From positions 248,001 through 312,000 of the forward strand of contig CDRNVI010000063.1 in the NCBI GenBank assembly GCA_977017575.1: a DNA stretch of 64,000 nucleotides, given 5' to 3'. The DNA comes from Paramoeba atlantica. Its lineage: Eukaryota > Protista > Discosea. The first letter of the stretch is position 1. Every line of letters begins with the position of its first letter. Shown here in pieces: positions 1-11,397 of the stretch. A program made the position numbers and the translations under genes. The notes under the pieces are model-generated. The model made no database searches and had not been told where the DNA came from. It saw only the letters and a program-made list of their open reading frames with translations.

Positions 1-194
1 ACTTTCACGGCCTAGCTAGCAAGTGAATAAGAAAATGACGCATCTTTTATGAAGATAAAAGAAAGAATCCTTTTCGGCACATGCATTCCGACCCGTAGAA
101 ACCGGTGTTCAGGTTAATGCAGGTTTATACAGTTTTAAAGATATGATCGCCATGACAATTTTACACGTTACATCCAAGCTCTATAATTTCTTGT

Positions 195-836
195 TCAATA
201 ATATCTGTACGTTATTCGTCCATCAGCCCAGTTCGTGACGTGCCTCTCTTTCATGTTGTTCCAACATTGAATTTTTGTCCCTGAGAAATCGTACGTCGTG
301 TGCTCTGGAAGCTCGTGTTCCCCAAGTGTCCCAGTTAGCTCTTCATTTTCCTGAAGCCATAGTGCCGACAGAGTCGTAGGCACCACTTGAAAATACACAT
401 TCTCAGAAAATTTATTTGACCGCAATCCCAAAACTTGGAGAGTAGAAGGAAGTCCTGAAAGATCGACCCTACCGCTCAGCTGATTGTGATTTACAAAAAA
501 GTATTCCAATTGTGGCGGTAAGTTAATAAGATCTACTTCGCCCTCAAGACTGTTTGGTGAAACGCTGAAGAATGTCAATGTTCGAGGTAAATGTTGCCAT
601 AACATGGAGCCATGTAGTTTTAACCAGTCCCAAGTAATGCGATCAACCATGGCTGCATCATTACAAGTAACACCACTCCACCTACACGCATTTGTTGCCG
701 TTGTCCACGAGGAATGGGTGTTCTCAACATTTCGCACGAGGCGCTCCAATTCATATTCCTGGGAAAATATCATTCCGCGAACCTTGCCTGGCCGAGTACC
801 TTGCGTCGAGGGATCGACGCACGTAGACGTGTTCAT
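195..836 (-). CDS. Leucine-rich-repeat protein (plant-RLK-like LRR with CxWxGVxC cap), paralog 1
   Basis: CRWSGVTCN cap followed by LxxLxxxxNxLxGxVDL repeats; paralog at 10813-11397. Confidence 0.8.
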   Translation of the reverse strand: MNTSTCVDPSTQGTRPGKVRGMIFSQEYELERLVRNVENTHSSWTTATNACRWSGVTCNDAAMVDRITWDWLKLHGSMLWQHLPRTLTFFSVSPNSLEGEVDLINLPPQLEYFFVNHNQLSGRVDLSGLPSTLQVLGLRSNKFSENVYFQVVPTTLSALWLQENEELTGTLGEHELPEHTTYDFSGTKIQCWNNMKERHVTNWADGRITYRYY

Positions 837-1031
837 ATAGTGTTGATGATATTGTATACTGCAATAAGGACTACTCTATACTTTTTGTATTGTTCTGCAA
901 CGATTAAATGTTTGACTAGTATAACTACTCACACGTAAAGAGCTAAAACGGTATAAAATACCTACCTCTCGTTCCATAAAAAAAATCAGGGTTCGACCTA
1001 CAGTAACAGTAGGGCCAGCTGGCCAAAAATT

Positions 1032-3938
1032 TCATTCACTTGGTAATACAGGATCAATTCGCCTCGGACGATTAATGTGTCCCAATGCCCGGACGGCGCT
1101 TTGAGCTTGTTTATGTGCTATTCGACTAGCCGGCTCGTGGATGCGGCTTTGTCGACCGTCTGACCTGACGTATGATTCTGACGGAAGACTTTCAAAATTT
1201 TTCTGCAACAGCTGATCATGACAAGTTACGGATTTGATGTCTCTCGCATCCAGCAGCTGGCGCAGTAGTTCAAGATCACTTGCGTTGCTTTTATGATTGT
1301 CAGCTGCGAGAGGTGTGACATCACGGACAGATACTATGCCGCCTCTTTGAGAAGAAATATTATGTAATTCGTCGTTGCCCTTTAGTGATTCGCTACACGA
1401 ATCAATTGTATCGCATCGTGATGTCTCCTCTGCATGAGACATCTTAAAGTTTTCAAAATTTTGCGATCCAAAACGTCCTTTGCGCAAAATATCCAGAGTT
1501 TCATCATAATCTGAGCCCAACGTAAAGTAATCAGAAAGCTGCTGTCGGTGAATGCCAGTGGTATGAGATTGAACACCAACGTCGGACAAATTGGAGCTCG
1601 CCTTATTAACACGTGTCGATTTCAATACCGTTTCAGTTGAACAGAGTTTCATAATTTGTCGCTCGTAAACTTTTTCTTCAATGGTTCCCGCCGCCAGAAG
1701 ACGATATATTTCCACATCCTTTTTCTGACCGAGACGCCATACTCTTTCACGTGCCTGAATATCAATGTGAGGATTCCAATCAGGATCTATGATGACCACT
1801 CGACTGCATCCAGTAAAATTAATACCAAGGCCCCCAACACGAGTTGTTAGGAGACCAATTGTGATACTGGGATCATTATTAAGAGAATCGATCAGTGTAC
1901 CACGATGTGCAATCGGAGTAAGTCCATCCATACGTATGTAGTCGTACCCCTCATACCGGATGCATTGCTCGATTATGTCAAGCATCATACGTGTTTGAGT
2001 GTAAATAAGCGTCTTCTCAACACTGGTTAACGCGCTGTCATTTTCGGATTTGGTATTTGTTGTACCCTCTTCTTTCAGAAACGTAGAGAGTTCATTCGTT
2101 TGGCCTGATCTTAGGTTCCATCCCGCCAGCAAAGGCAAAAGCACCCTGAGTTTACAACTTGATGCTACACAATCATCGTAAAGTTTGCTGTTAACAGGCT
2201 TCGAAATATCAGTGATGGGACAAGTGAGAAAACGTTTCCTCTGACGGGCCGTAATACCGTTACCGCGATCACATAGCCATGGATGGTTGCACAAGTTTCG
2301 AAGGTAAGAAATGGCCTGAAACAAAAGTAAGTGTGACGTGTCGTTGCCTAAACAATTGGAGTGGCGGTCTATTTCTTTGTTAACTGCACGTTGATAGAGC
2401 CTCCAACTCATGTTTTCAGACATCAGGAAGCCACTGTACAACCGTACTTGCGCAGGGGTAAGCTTCACATAGATCAACTTTTCAGATTTTGCTGTTAGTT
2501 GTATGCCAACGTCGTTCTTCAAGCGGCGCAACAGAAACGGTCCAATACGGGCCTTTAATTGCTTGCTGAACGCCAAAGAGGAGTGAACATCCCTGTCGGT
2601 AGCACCTTTGTACGAACCCTGCCGGATGGGTTCCTCAAATTGGTTCACGAAGGTATCCAAATCCCCTAACAATAGAGGATTCACAAAATTAAAAAGGGAC
2701 CACAATTCCGATATCTTATTCTGTATCGGTGTGCCGGTAAGTAATATCCGATGCGGTGTGCGGAAAGACTTCACGGCTTTCGCTGTTGCGCTTTCCGCAT
2801 TCCGTATAAAATGACCCTCGTCGAGAATTACGTACCCAATGGGCAGTTTTAAAAGCTGCGGTAAGTAGAGACGAAGGGTGGCATAGGTAGTAAGCAAAAT
2901 CGTATTTCTACTGGACTGGGATCGTAGTGACTCAATAAATGTCCCAAGTTTGCCATCTGCTCCGACCTCCGAGGTGCGATGGAGAAGGCGTACGCGCAAG
3001 TGAGGGGCCCAATACGACATTTCTTGCATCCACTGGCTCATTATGGTAGCTGGACAAGCTAGTAAGACATACTCGGCCATTAACTGGGAGTGACCCAAGG
3101 AACCCAGAAAGCCAGCCGTGATCACCGTCTTGCCAAGGCCCATCTCATCGGCCAGGATGCCGCCAGTGTTCAAAGAGTGTAGTTCCCATAGCCATTGTAC
3201 CGCAACGCGTTGATAAGGGTACAACAGCGTCCATACACCAGGAGGAATGAAGAGCCCTCCAGGAAATGAGACACACTGGGATTTGGCCCGCCCGTCTTTC
3301 CATACCTCAGACAAGTTGGTTGGCGAGGAAGGAGACTCACTGGACGTGTCGTTGTATTCTTGAATCACCTCTTCAAATAGATTATAGAGCTCCTGGTTCC
3401 AGATTTCAGAAAGTTCGGTGTCCTTGCGCGTAGATTTCTTTGCTGTCGCACCTCGTTTATGTATACTGCGAATTGGGCTTTCCCCTATTTCGTTCTTTAT
3501 GCGATAAGTAGGTATTGATGGTGATTCACTGCGTTCCCGTTTTCCTTTGCAAGCTAAAGAAGATCTATTTCTAAACCTGGAAGCAGAATGAGAACTGTTA
3601 CTAAAAATTCGTTCAACTGGCATAGTGGGATTTACTGAAACGTGACCAGCGTTGTTTTGACGTCGTAAAATTGGATAACATTCCTCCAGAGTATCTCCGA
3701 ATTCTGACTCAGATGGTTTTCTGATTCGCGTTGAACGTTCAGCATCAACTCCCGGTGATAAACACGTAGATTGGGACAGGACTTTGGGAAATTTTTCGAG
3801 CTCTATATGAGACGCCTCTTCATTATCCTTCTGGAGACATGTGCCGCACTTGCTTTGAAGTTCTAGGGTATTAGAACCCTTCAATAACTCCACTTCCGCA
3901 TTGTTTTTCTTTGTATGAAGCGACCGTGTGGGTTGCAT
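1032..3938 (-). CDS. ERCC6: SNF2-family ATPase, CSB/Rad26 (transcription-coupled repair)
   Basis: LWELH..GGILADEMGLGKT, DEGH box, LLTTRVGGLG.N...DPDWNP...QARERVWRLGQKKDV.IYRL...GTIEEKVY.RQI are characteristic of CSB/Rad26. Confidence 0.88.
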   Translation of the reverse strand: MQPTRSLHTKKNNAEVELLKGSNTLELQSKCGTCLQKDNEEASHIELEKFPKVLSQSTCLSPGVDAERSTRIRKPSESEFGDTLEECYPILRRQNNAGHVSVNPTMPVERIFSNSSHSASRFRNRSSLACKGKRERSESPSIPTYRIKNEIGESPIRSIHKRGATAKKSTRKDTELSEIWNQELYNLFEEVIQEYNDTSSESPSSPTNLSEVWKDGRAKSQCVSFPGGLFIPPGVWTLLYPYQRVAVQWLWELHSLNTGGILADEMGLGKTVITAGFLGSLGHSQLMAEYVLLACPATIMSQWMQEMSYWAPHLRVRLLHRTSEVGADGKLGTFIESLRSQSSRNTILLTTYATLRLYLPQLLKLPIGYVILDEGHFIRNAESATAKAVKSFRTPHRILLTGTPIQNKISELWSLFNFVNPLLLGDLDTFVNQFEEPIRQGSYKGATDRDVHSSLAFSKQLKARIGPFLLRRLKNDVGIQLTAKSEKLIYVKLTPAQVRLYSGFLMSENMSWRLYQRAVNKEIDRHSNCLGNDTSHLLLFQAISYLRNLCNHPWLCDRGNGITARQRKRFLTCPITDISKPVNSKLYDDCVASSCKLRVLLPLLAGWNLRSGQTNELSTFLKEEGTTNTKSENDSALTSVEKTLIYTQTRMMLDIIEQCIRYEGYDYIRMDGLTPIAHRGTLIDSLNNDPSITIGLLTTRVGGLGINFTGCSRVVIIDPDWNPHIDIQARERVWRLGQKKDVEIYRLLAAGTIEEKVYERQIMKLCSTETVLKSTRVNKASSNLSDVGVQSHTTGIHRQQLSDYFTLGSDYDETLDILRKGRFGSQNFENFKMSHAEETSRCDTIDSCSESLKGNDELHNISSQRGGIVSVRDVTPLAADNHKSNASDLELLRQLLDARDIKSVTCHDQLLQKNFESLPSESYVRSDGRQSRIHEPASRIAHKQAQSAVRALGHINRPRRIDPVLPSE

Positions 3939-4328
3939 ATAAGTAGGATACGAGGGCCAGAAACTATACTACGAATGAATATACGAAACATTTATGAAAA
4001 AAACACAGAAACTTCTTACATCTTTTATGGCACTGACTTACTATTCCTGGAGTAACGCAACTATAAAACCCATAATGTTCAGTACAGACTATACTACAAG
4101 TACTGATTCAATAGATTTCTCCATAAACGTTCGAGGTATGAACCTCGGTTGGGATTGAAACAAAATTGAAAACTATTGAAAATAGACCATTGAAGAACCA
4201 AAAAATAAAAGCGGATGAATAGTTTCTGTGATACTTCTGTGAAATGGTATCTGCACACGAAATGTGTCCTTAGTTGCAACAGTTTCATATGAATTACACG
4301 TCTGATTATCTTCACAGGAGGACCATTT

Positions 4329-7061
4329 TTACGCTGCTGTACCAGTCGTCAGTGATTCCACGAAACGGTTACTCAAAGATGTAGCAACGCCCTCTGACGA
4401 GCACTTAACCTTCAGATTACCACTGAAAATTTCCCCATCCTTTGAGAGGCAAAGATGAGTGAGGACAATGTCGTTAAAGAGTGTGCGCGAAGCCGATACC
4501 GTACACTGGATAGAAGTTGTATCAGATTCCGCACAAAGAGACTTGCCATCTTTCAGGTTTAGTTTCTCACAACAGTGCCAATCATTTCCCTTGAAATGCT
4601 TTTGAAATTTGGACACAACTTGGTGCCTCTCTTTTGTCCAAAGCTCCGTAATTGCTTCAGGTCTACATGGTAACTGCATCATTTCTAAATGGTCCGTCGG
4701 ATCAACCGATATCTCAAGTAGGGTGTGCGTATTCGAGCTCGTGGTCCCTGCTTGAATTTCATATCTCACTTCTGGAAAAACTATTATTTCTTGCGTACTC
4801 TTAATCTTGAGCGTAGCCCGAACGGTCGTAAAATCTCCTGGAGAGACGTTACACGGTGAAAATTTTTCAATAAAAGAAACTGCTTCACTTTTCTGTGCTG
4901 AAGTACGAGCTGACAGCCCCAGCTTAAGATTCAGCATGGGTGAAGACGTTTGATTCACAATCAGAAACACAAAGGTAACGACGGGAGTTTTAGTGGACAC
5001 CGCGCACTCCACATACAAAGGTTCACCGAAACCAGTTAATGCATGGAGCACTCCTTGTGAGCTATGTATTCCCTGCTGCATTGCATCCAGAAGTGGTAGG
5101 GTATCCGAAGTATTGTCAGCACCGCTCACCGCCAGGGCGAGCTCCTCATCTTCAGTTTTTCTCGTTCCCATCTCGCGGCTTACAGAAGGATGCGGAAGCA
5201 TCGAGTACGATAAGGGAACATCAACTGAGGTTTCAGAAGGGCGCACCACGATAGCATTCTCTTCTGGCAAACAGTTTGACATTGGCAGTGATAAAAGATG
5301 TAATCCTGTTCCTGATGAATTAAGAGCTGAATCCATGTGTAGCCTTCGTAAGAAAACAACTTGATTAGCTGAATCAGAGTCAAAAAGAGCAGGGCGTCCA
5401 GCAACTAGAATGTACAGTTTTTCTAGACATGCCCGAAGCAGTAACGCATCGTTCTCTTCTACTTGTTCATTTGAGAGCGACATAACATCGGAAAGAAGCT
5501 GTCCTACCAAAGACGCAAGACAAGAAACTGTGGGTCCTATTTCATCAATTGATCTGTTTCTCTCCATTTCACAGTCCGATAGATTTTGTGCAATCTTTTC
5601 AACCGCATCACAAACCTGAGAAGCGTGTTTCGGTTGCACAAACGCTCTCAAAGTGTTCAACACTTGCCGCCCTGTAGGCTGACCATTGCATACAAGTACC
5701 TGTGATAAGAGTTCTCGAATATAGTTGTCGCGATCCTGATCTGAAATGGATTTAAGGGCAACGGTCAACAAATGCGTGAAATAGCGTCCCACATTAAGAT
5801 TCACCTTCTTAGTGGCGAAACGCACAAATTCTTGCGCTACTTTCTCTGGGAATTGTCTTAAAATCTGTTCTATGACGTGGGCAATGTATTCCAGATATGC
5901 TTCTTGCTCCGACTCAGTAGTTTCTAGCATTCTATTTTCCAAACAGTCGATTTCGTAAAGTAAACAAGTCAAAAGCTGGTTCGCCGAATTTTCTGAAATC
6001 CAGAACACTATAAATTTTAGTAGTCGACTGCGAATTTCATATGGAAGCGTTGTACCTTCCAAACATCGTATCATCGTTGTCATTGCATGCGACATGCAAT
6101 GAGGAGGCAGACTCTTGAACTTTTCAAGCTCCTTCAAAACAACTTGTTTGACACTTAAATCCTCGTGAGTGGCCATGAGATCAGAATAGATCTCTGCAGC
6201 ACTCTGCATCGCGCTTTCCGAGCCTGATATGCGTGGCAGTAATTGTGCGCATGAAAATTGCACACTAGGGTCCATGTTTCGAATTTGTAACAAGTAAGAT
6301 AGTAGATAAGCCCCAGGCGCACGTAGCCCAGCGTTGTTCCGCAACTGAGACCCTAGAACACGGAGAACGGTATTCCAAAAGGATACATTGGCCGGAGTAA
6401 CGTCACGTGGTATGATACTTGATGGTGTCCCAGATGCCACACTTTGCAAAAGGTTTGTCAACCAATTCGGATTCATTTCACTTAACAATTGGAACGCGCG
6501 GCATTGCACACTCCCATCATGGTCCGTAAGCAAATTCTCCAGGACTGGTTCGATTCCTGAAACCAAGGAACTGTGTTTTCGAAAAATACACGCCAGGGTA
6601 TGTACTGCGGCTCTTGAAACGTACGGATGCTGGTGTCGTGAGCAGTCAACAATGCAAGGCACAAGGGGCTCTAAGAGATCTCTCTCTTGTACGGAGCACA
6701 GAAATCGGAGTGTCGCACCTCGAATGTACTCATTAGGATGTTGTAAATCGACACGCCAGGATGATATCAAAAGGAGCATCTCAGGAAGAAGTTTGCCATC
6801 ACCGTCCGTCTTGTCGATTAGTTCCCAGAGGAGAAACATAAGCTTTTTAAGCTCATGGTCACCACAGGGAACGCAAAATTTGATTACGGACAATACAGTA
6901 GAGTTTACTGACTCCCCACTGATATGTAAGCGAATGATTTTTTTCAATGTATCTCTTTTTTCCGAGATATTGGCAGATTCTAAGCCTTCAGCAATTTCTT
7001 TAAAAGTCGGCGGCACTGAGCTGCAATTAAGTAATAGTCGACAAGTGTCTCTAGCCTGCAT
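4329..7061 (-). CDS. COPB1: Coatomer subunit beta
   Basis: N-terminal DHELKKL..L.WE...K...DGKL.PEM.L...DLQHPNEYIRGATLRFLC motif; appendage LTGF.EP.YVE. Confidence 0.9.
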   Translation of the reverse strand: MQARDTCRLLLNCSSVPPTFKEIAEGLESANISEKRDTLKKIIRLHISGESVNSTVLSVIKFCVPCGDHELKKLMFLLWELIDKTDGDGKLLPEMLLLISSWRVDLQHPNEYIRGATLRFLCSVQERDLLEPLVPCIVDCSRHQHPYVSRAAVHTLACIFRKHSSLVSGIEPVLENLLTDHDGSVQCRAFQLLSEMNPNWLTNLLQSVASGTPSSIIPRDVTPANVSFWNTVLRVLGSQLRNNAGLRAPGAYLLSYLLQIRNMDPSVQFSCAQLLPRISGSESAMQSAAEIYSDLMATHEDLSVKQVVLKELEKFKSLPPHCMSHAMTTMIRCLEGTTLPYEIRSRLLKFIVFWISENSANQLLTCLLYEIDCLENRMLETTESEQEAYLEYIAHVIEQILRQFPEKVAQEFVRFATKKVNLNVGRYFTHLLTVALKSISDQDRDNYIRELLSQVLVCNGQPTGRQVLNTLRAFVQPKHASQVCDAVEKIAQNLSDCEMERNRSIDEIGPTVSCLASLVGQLLSDVMSLSNEQVEENDALLLRACLEKLYILVAGRPALFDSDSANQVVFLRRLHMDSALNSSGTGLHLLSLPMSNCLPEENAIVVRPSETSVDVPLSYSMLPHPSVSREMGTRKTEDEELALAVSGADNTSDTLPLLDAMQQGIHSSQGVLHALTGFGEPLYVECAVSTKTPVVTFVFLIVNQTSSPMLNLKLGLSARTSAQKSEAVSFIEKFSPCNVSPGDFTTVRATLKIKSTQEIIVFPEVRYEIQAGTTSSNTHTLLEISVDPTDHLEMMQLPCRPEAITELWTKERHQVVSKFQKHFKGNDWHCCEKLNLKDGKSLCAESDTTSIQCTVSASRTLFNDIVLTHLCLSKDGEIFSGNLKVKCSSEGVATSLSNRFVESLTTGTAA

Positions 7062-7403
7062 GATTACAAAATCTATCGAAAATTATGAAGAAAATAACCG
7101 AAGGAATTATGAAGAGTCATTACTATAACGAGGTAATGGAAACGAATAAAATTTCCTACGATGTTATTCAGCAGCCTTTATGAAGTCTGTAGAATACAAA
7201 AAAAACGTGCTACGCAATACACTTTATTAAGTACGATCTATAACCATTTTTTCTAATATCATTTTGTCGTATCCTCCAAGACTGCACAAATTATTTAATA
7301 GATTCAGCTAAACGTGTATTTACAATCTAAATTCTAGCACTGCGGTTTAGCTAGTAAACTCCAGTATAACAATCGGGTTCAAATAGATTCATCGTATGAA
7401 CTG

Positions 7404-8435
7404 CTATGCATTTCCAAATATTTGGCCACCTATCGCCCTTTTTTGAGCCACAGGAAATTCTATTTGGTTTAACGAAACCGATAAACCCTGAAATAGATTC
7501 ATTGCCCGAGTGATATCGGCTTGATCGCAAAATTTATCCTCTTCTTTGGTCACATTCCCCTTTTTCCAGTGATGCATCACACCCTTTCCATTCACGATAT
7601 AAACACCATACCCATGCCTCGAATCATTCTCATACTGCCCGAGCGAAATTTCCTGTGCGGTTGCGTACAGAAAAGTCAACCCCCACCCATGACGCTTCCC
7701 GTTTTCCCACCACCCCATATAGGTGCGACCACTGCTCGTCCAGTGATACACACCAAACCCATGAAAATGACCATCCATAAACTCTCCTTCGTAACACTCT
7801 CCTTGCGGATGAACCCAATACCCGTGGCCATGTTTCTTCCCCTTCCATATCTCCCCACGGTAGGACGCGCCTGTGGGAAACACACAGTGGTGAGTCTCCA
7901 GAGCTGTCGGCTCTTCGGAGCCCTCCTCCGTTCCTTTCGGCTCCACCGCTCCACGGAGTTGTTGACTCACCCCCTCGTACCTCTTTCCTAACTCCTGTTG
8001 TGTCTTCTCACTCTCGAGTTGATCCACCCAGGAGGCTTCTGCGGCGGTTTGCAGTCTCCCGCAGTTCCACTGCTCCAAAACGGGGACTCCCTCCCCCGGA
8101 GCGTACCGTACCATTGGGCCATGTTTGGTGCCGGCGTGAAAACTTCCGACGGATTTAGAATTCGATTCAGCTTCGTGATTCGTAACTACGCCTTTGCCTT
8201 GCCTCAGCCCTCGAGACCACTCCCCGAGATACACCTCACCCGAGGCAGCGGTGTGGGTGCCACAGCCATGGGGTTTGTTCTGTTCGTACTCCCCTCGGTA
8301 GCCCTCCCCACTGGGATGGGTCCACTCCCCGTAGCCGTGCATGTGGGTATCCCCGAGTACGGTACCGGCGTAGGTACAGCCACTGGGGAACGTGTAGGAG
8401 CGGTACTGTAAAGGAGGAGTAACGGTGTCGGACAT
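7404..8435 (-). CDS. MORN-repeat protein
   Basis: Two blocks of YxGEW..G..HG.G repeats; probable start is ATG 8435 (MSDTV), since the track's extra 25 codons are a pyrimidine tract. Confidence 0.85.
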   Translation of the reverse strand: MSDTVTPPLQYRSYTFPSGCTYAGTVLGDTHMHGYGEWTHPSGEGYRGEYEQNKPHGCGTHTAASGEVYLGEWSRGLRQGKGVVTNHEAESNSKSVGSFHAGTKHGPMVRYAPGEGVPVLEQWNCGRLQTAAEASWVDQLESEKTQQELGKRYEGVSQQLRGAVEPKGTEEGSEEPTALETHHCVFPTGASYRGEIWKGKKHGHGYWVHPQGECYEGEFMDGHFHGFGVYHWTSSGRTYMGWWENGKRHGWGLTFLYATAQEISLGQYENDSRHGYGVYIVNGKGVMHHWKKGNVTKEEDKFCDQADITRAMNLFQGLSVSLNQIEFPVAQKRAIGGQIFGNA

Positions 8436-8944
8436 TAGGAGAAAGGCATAGAGAGAGAAGAGAGAGACAGAAGGAAGAGTCGTGTTATTATAGTTGTTAT
8501 ACAGCAGCACTACTATACAGTTTTATATACCCCCATTTATGTCATATTGCTACAGTTTTTCTGGGAGTACAAAGTGGGTGAAAATGGAAATAATGCCTGT
8601 TTTTAAGAGATACAGTATAACGTCTCCCCGTTTAAGCGCACACGGATATCCCCCTTTTAAGCGTTCATTGAGCTGAGGTGCAGACGGTGCAATTTTTTTT
8701 AATGTAGTAATTCAGACCCTCCTCTTTTTAAAATTTAAACGCTCGTATGAACTCTACGAGTGTGAGTGAATGTTTCATTGTGAAACACAGAGCAATACAA
8801 TGCAGATGTAGTGTAACATCTTTTAAGTATACATCTCTTAAGATACAGATGTACAGATGTAGTATGTGAATGTGTTGCGGAGTAAAGTAAATCCAGTAGA
8901 GTGCCTACCTTGCTTTACATACTCGTGAAGATTTTTTTGTGACG

Positions 8945-10510
8945 TTAAACTGCACGACTTCGCTGACCATGACTTTCTTTTTCATCTTTCGAATGATTTT
9001 TTTGAACCTTCAATGACTTAGCGGTCGCCTTATCTGAACTGGGGAGGTAGTATACTATGTTGCAATATTTATCACGGACACGAATTGTTGAGCCCACAGC
9101 AACGTGACCCTGGAATTTCTGAAAGTAAACGTGATTGATGGTGACGTGTAGCGGGATAGGGTAGACAAAATTGGATTCAGTTGGTTTCAATGAGGAGGGT
9201 TCAGACGTTGCAGGAGGTTTCTCGTGTATAGCCTCAGGTGAGCTTCGTGACGAAGAATTAGCCGAAGGGGGACTTTTTTCTCGTAAAACACCGGAGGGTG
9301 GGTGCTCCAGCCTTGACGACATATTTATTGCGCAGCTCGTTTTCACGTTACTCGGTTGAGAACTTGATATTGACAGACCGACCTGTATTTTATCAGTTTT
9401 CCATTGGATATCCCCATTGGATGTCAAGCTAGTGAGTTCCACCTTGTGATTTAATTTTTCTTTGGAGTTTAACTCATATTGTGTATCTTCTTCAGATAAA
9501 GTTTGAAGTTCGTTCTTTTTACCGGCAGGGGAATTCGGACCGCTTCCCTGCTGCGAATTTTCTGATGATTTCAAGCCTGACAAAGGCTTTTCGTGCGCTT
9601 CATCGGACGATAATGAAGAAGATAAATTTCGGTCTTTTAATCGCTGAAAGGCGGGCTGCGTATTCAGGGGTGTATAACGCAAGTGAGGTGGTAATAGAGC
9701 TGGACTCTTCTTTGTCACTTCAAATTCCTGACCTTCCTGGCTCCAACCAGTATCGCTAGAGAGGGCAGAAGGCCATGGCTCCTCCGCAGATGTGTATAAC
9801 CAGCACGCGGGGTCGCTGCGGACCTCAACGATGTTATAACGCTCGCCTTCTTGACTCACCAGTTCCTGTTTCGGATCCGGGCCTGTATCTTGGCCGTCTA
9901 TCACGAAAGTATAATAGTGCATCCCAACGGGGAGTTCCAGTAAGACATAGAACTCATCTTTGGATTTTATCATGGGCAATGGTCGCCAGCTCGAAAATGA
10001 TCCCATTATACTCACGTACCGTGCATCGGTTCCTTGATATCGCAACACAGTAGGCATTACTGGAATATATTCCTGACCAGATTTGTTCGTGAGACCTTGT
10101 GCTATTTCTGACGCTTCCTTGGGATTCTGTTCCGCAGCATGTTGAATATCCGCCTCGCCAGAGGCGGAAGGGCAAGGCAAACCATTTTGATGGTCGTCAA
10201 ACGCAGTTTTTTGCGTTGCCGGAACTGAAGTTGGAAATTCTCGGATGATTTCATTATGTTGCAAGTGGTTTCTCGTGGCTCGCGGTCCCTCCTGAACTCG
10301 ATTGAGCTCCGAGTAATGTATTGCACTAGACAATGCCGGTGGAACTACCCCGTCTAACAGCGCGCTGTTCTTAGGGCTCTGCGCTGCCAGTCGGTTTATG
10401 TTTATAGTCGATAATCCTCGTCTTCCTCTGTTGGTGGGTGCTGTGGGTGGTGTCCCCCTAGCGCTACTCTTTTCCGCCGGACTGCGAAGATCGCTCGAGG
10501 TTTGACCCAT
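8945..10510 (-). CDS. AMPK/SNF1 beta subunit
   Basis: MGQTSS myristoylation-type N-terminus, glycogen-binding module (GSFSSW..PM.KS..EF..LLELP.G.H.Y.F.IDG), C-terminal PPHL...PLN and P.HV..NH.Y motifs. Confidence 0.85.
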   Translation of the reverse strand: MGQTSSDLRSPAEKSSARGTPPTAPTNRGRRGLSTININRLAAQSPKNSALLDGVVPPALSSAIHYSELNRVQEGPRATRNHLQHNEIIREFPTSVPATQKTAFDDHQNGLPCPSASGEADIQHAAEQNPKEASEIAQGLTNKSGQEYIPVMPTVLRYQGTDARYVSIMGSFSSWRPLPMIKSKDEFYVLLELPVGMHYYTFVIDGQDTGPDPKQELVSQEGERYNIVEVRSDPACWLYTSAEEPWPSALSSDTGWSQEGQEFEVTKKSPALLPPHLRYTPLNTQPAFQRLKDRNLSSSLSSDEAHEKPLSGLKSSENSQQGSGPNSPAGKKNELQTLSEEDTQYELNSKEKLNHKVELTSLTSNGDIQWKTDKIQVGLSISSSQPSNVKTSCAINMSSRLEHPPSGVLREKSPPSANSSSRSSPEAIHEKPPATSEPSSLKPTESNFVYPIPLHVTINHVYFQKFQGHVAVGSTIRVRDKYCNIVYYLPSSDKATAKSLKVQKNHSKDEKESHGQRSRAV

Positions 10511-10812
10511 TGCTATAAATTTTTGTGTACCTAGAAAAAGAGCATTTTTGTTTCGCTTCCCACTTTGCGGTAAATATTGTTTATACTAGTATACCAAATT
10601 TAATTTATATTGTATGAATTTTAAATTATAGTACTAGCACCCCTCTTTATCACTGTATACTAAATCACTGTATACTAAAACAACGTAGGACTACTGCTGT
10701 AGTCTTGGAGGAACCAATTCTTAGAAATTTCGGTTTCTATGTACATGTAACGTGTCATGTTGATGTGATGTACAGTTAAGATGTAATACCACTAAAATCT
10801 TGATGCCTTGGG

Positions 10813-11397
10813 TTAATATACTCGAATTTTGGTACCCTGCACGTACCTGATACTCAGACAAGGGGGTAGTTTACTAATAATCATGTCACCCATAAGTTCC
10901 TCATTTCGATAAAGAAGAATCCTCTCCAGACCTTGTGGAAGCATGTCAAAGCGTACCATTCCGGAAAAATTGTTCTTCGCCAAGTTTAGCACCTTCAGAT
11001 TCGATGGCAGGTGGCACAAATCAATCTCTCCACTAAATTCGTTCTCTGAGATGCGGAACACGGTCAAGGGAGGGGGGAGTACTGTGAGATCAACGGGGCC
11101 TGATAAAGTATTTTCCCAGAAAACAAGAATTTGAACTGTGTGTGGCAGAAACTTCCACTGCAGTACACCGCGTAACTTACGACTGCGTAAGTCCACTTTT
11201 TCGACCTCCAATTGATCGTTACACACTATGCCCTCCCATTCACATACAGATACCTCCTGTGACCAAGATGGGACCGGATTCGTAAGATCTTGAGCAAATT
11301 GTTGAAGTAAAAATTCTGCTGGAAAAACGTTACCTCGAACTTTTCCGAGACGGACGCGAGGATTGATATCCGCTGAATTTGCAGGACGGGAAAACAT
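10813..11397 (-). CDS. Leucine-rich-repeat protein, paralog 2
   Basis: CEWEGIVCN cap, LRR units, GKVRG motif shared with 195-836. Confidence 0.8.
   Translation of the reverse strand: MFSRPANSADINPRVRLGKVRGNVFPAEFLLQQFAQDLTNPVPSWSQEVSVCEWEGIVCNDQLEVEKVDLRSRKLRGVLQWKFLPHTVQILVFWENTLSGPVDLTVLPPPLTVFRISENEFSGEIDLCHLPSNLKVLNLAKNNFSGMVRFDMLPQGLERILLYRNEELMGDMIISKLPPCLSIRYVQGTKIRVY

Noticed and set aside
960-1020. GGTTCGA T-loop-like motif suggesting a tRNA
   Set aside because: No cloverleaf stems or A-box could be built around it.
6388-7128. 246-aa plus-strand ORF, and other antisense ORFs over host genes
   Set aside because: Antisense to well-supported genes (beta-COP etc.) with no recognisable motifs.
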